A DNA stretch of 64,000 bases from assembly GCA_965262925.1 (NCBI GenBank), contig CBDHGC010000004.1, positions 6,481,112-6,545,111 on the forward strand, given 5' to 3'. Shown piece after piece: positions 63,123 through 64,000 of this stretch. The stretch is from Vicinamibacterales bacterium. GTDB taxonomy: Bacteria; Acidobacteriota; Vicinamibacteria; Vicinamibacterales; UBA8438. Numbering within the stretch: position 1 is the stretch's first letter; every line of letters starts with the position of its first letter. The notes beneath the pieces are model-generated. The model ran no database searches, had not been told where the DNA came from, and worked only from the letters and a program-made list of their open reading frames with translations. Both the position numbers and the translations under genes were made by a program.

Positions 63123-64000
63123 CAGAACCACCACCCCAACCCGACGTTGAAGGAGTTCGGCGCCTGGATGACGTTGCTCCGGTTGCGCAAAACCGTGTAG
63201 TCCACCTTGACGGCGACGTCGGGATCCGGGAACCACGTAGCGCCGACGATCCAGGCGGTGCGGTCGAACGCGGGCAGGGGCTCGAACCCGGCCGGCATCC
63301 GATGCTGCGTGTCGAAGTTCTCGTAGCGCAGGAACAGGGCCACCTCGCGCGGCGCGGGCCGCGGGACGATGAAGTACGACCCTTCCAGGTAGAAGCCGCG
63401 CATCTGCTCGGCGACGTTGGGGCCGACCCCCGTCAGGCGCTGCACGGCGCGGTTCAGCGCCCCCATTCCGTCGAGGAACGCGTGCGCGTATAGTCCGCGC
63501 ACGGCAAGCTCACCTCTGCGATAGCGCCCGTCGGCCTCGACCAGGGTCAGGCTCGAGTCCACGCGCGGAAACGCGAAGCCGGTGTCTCCGCTCCACACGC
63601 TGGCGCCGAGCACCAGGCCCGGCGTGCCGACGTACTCCACGCGGGCGGTTCCGGCGACGTTGCGGCCGTTCGCCTCGGCCCCCTTCTGCCGCCCGTCGCG
63701 CAGCCCCTCGTCGGCGCCGAACCGCGCCGCGTCGAGCGTCTCCATCGCGTACGCCCGGTAGCGGAAACCGCCGCGGAGCTCGCCGTGCACGCCGGCCCCG
63801 GCCCCGAACCAGGTGGTCGGGATGATCACGGTCTCCACGAACGGGCGCTCGACGCCGTGGAACACGGGTGGCTCGTGCCGCTCGTTGATGACGCCGACCG
63901 GCGCCAGCACCATCCCGGCCCGCAGGTTGAACGGCCGGCTGATGAGAAAGTCGACGTACGCCTGCTCCAGCTCCAGCTCCCCATCCGTCTCCGGCGACAC
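63122..64000 (-). CDS. Outer-membrane beta-barrel porin-like protein, N-terminus outside window
   Basis: Alternating beta-strand pattern and C-terminal ...FNVGLGWWF aromatic terminus. Confidence 0.7.
   Translation of the reverse strand: MSPETDGELELEQAYVDFLISRPFNLRAGMVLAPVGVINERHEPPVFHGVERPFVETVIIPTTWFGAGAGVHGELRGGFRYRAYAMETLDAARFGADEGLRDGRQKGAEANGRNVAGTARVEYVGTPGLVLGASVWSGDTGFAFPRVDSSLTLVEADGRYRRGELAVRGLYAHAFLDGMGALNRAVQRLTGVGPNVAEQMRGFYLEGSYFIVPRPAPREVALFLRYENFDTQHRMPAGFEPLPAFDRTAWIVGATWFPDPDVAVKVDYTVLRNRSNVIQAPNSFNVGLGWWF

Overview
High-GC (roughly 68-70%) bacterial chromosomal segment; the phylum cannot be determined from the sequence alone. No rRNA and no CRISPR array are present. About two thirds is ordinary housekeeping DNA: a LysR regulator, tadA, dTDP-sugar genes (rmlA-like, rmlC-like, rmlB), a large GH-GT2 membrane polysaccharide synthase, a GH3 hydrolase, moaB-moeA, an Fe/Mn SOD, nadA, futalosine-pathway mqn genes, otsA, an Rrf2/cysteine-desulfurase/A-type Fe-S carrier cluster, a Gfo/Idh/MocA oxidoreductase, the CysO/CysM/Mec/MoeZ sulfur-carrier pathway, a phosphotriesterase-family hydrolase, two PQQ dehydrogenases, an aminotransferase, a CoA-transferase, and a DtxR regulator next to a DUF1111 di-haem/cupredoxin/porin cluster. 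Two mobile-element pile-ups sit beside tRNA genes. (i) 1-9.6 kb holds a group II intron-like retroelement cutting a LuxR/MalT pseudogene, an IS4-family IS, an IS1380-family IS, and a 2.46-kb Tn5-like IS whose transposase carries a ~300-aa DUF4338/DruA-like N-terminal domain. (ii) 20.3-25.7 kb holds an IS3-family IS, a solo IS3 end, an IS110-family recombinase and an rve-type transposase, with a structured repeat on both sides. Three tRNAs were found: Ser-GGA, Ser-CGA and Arg-ACG. The structure I consider most unusual and unexplained is the 2.8-kb locus between the two tRNA-Ser genes. Both genes are followed by tandem ~96-98-bp palindromic repeats built from the 3' end of their own tRNA, and the tRNA-derived arm co-varies with the local tRNA. 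These arrays bracket a stranded CI/Cro-like switch with two duplicated XRE-S24 repressors in which the predicted catalytic Lys position is Arg. Other notable items are an intact tripartite MqsR-MqsA-SecB-like toxin-antitoxin-chaperone module, a decayed defence/TA islet (phd-vapC remnant, truncated MNT, truncated DUF262, frameshifted SPPY methyltransferase), and a ~1000-aa dehydrogenase/HEAT/cytochrome c gene broken by two frameshifts. All domain calls come from motif recognition by eye; no searches were run.
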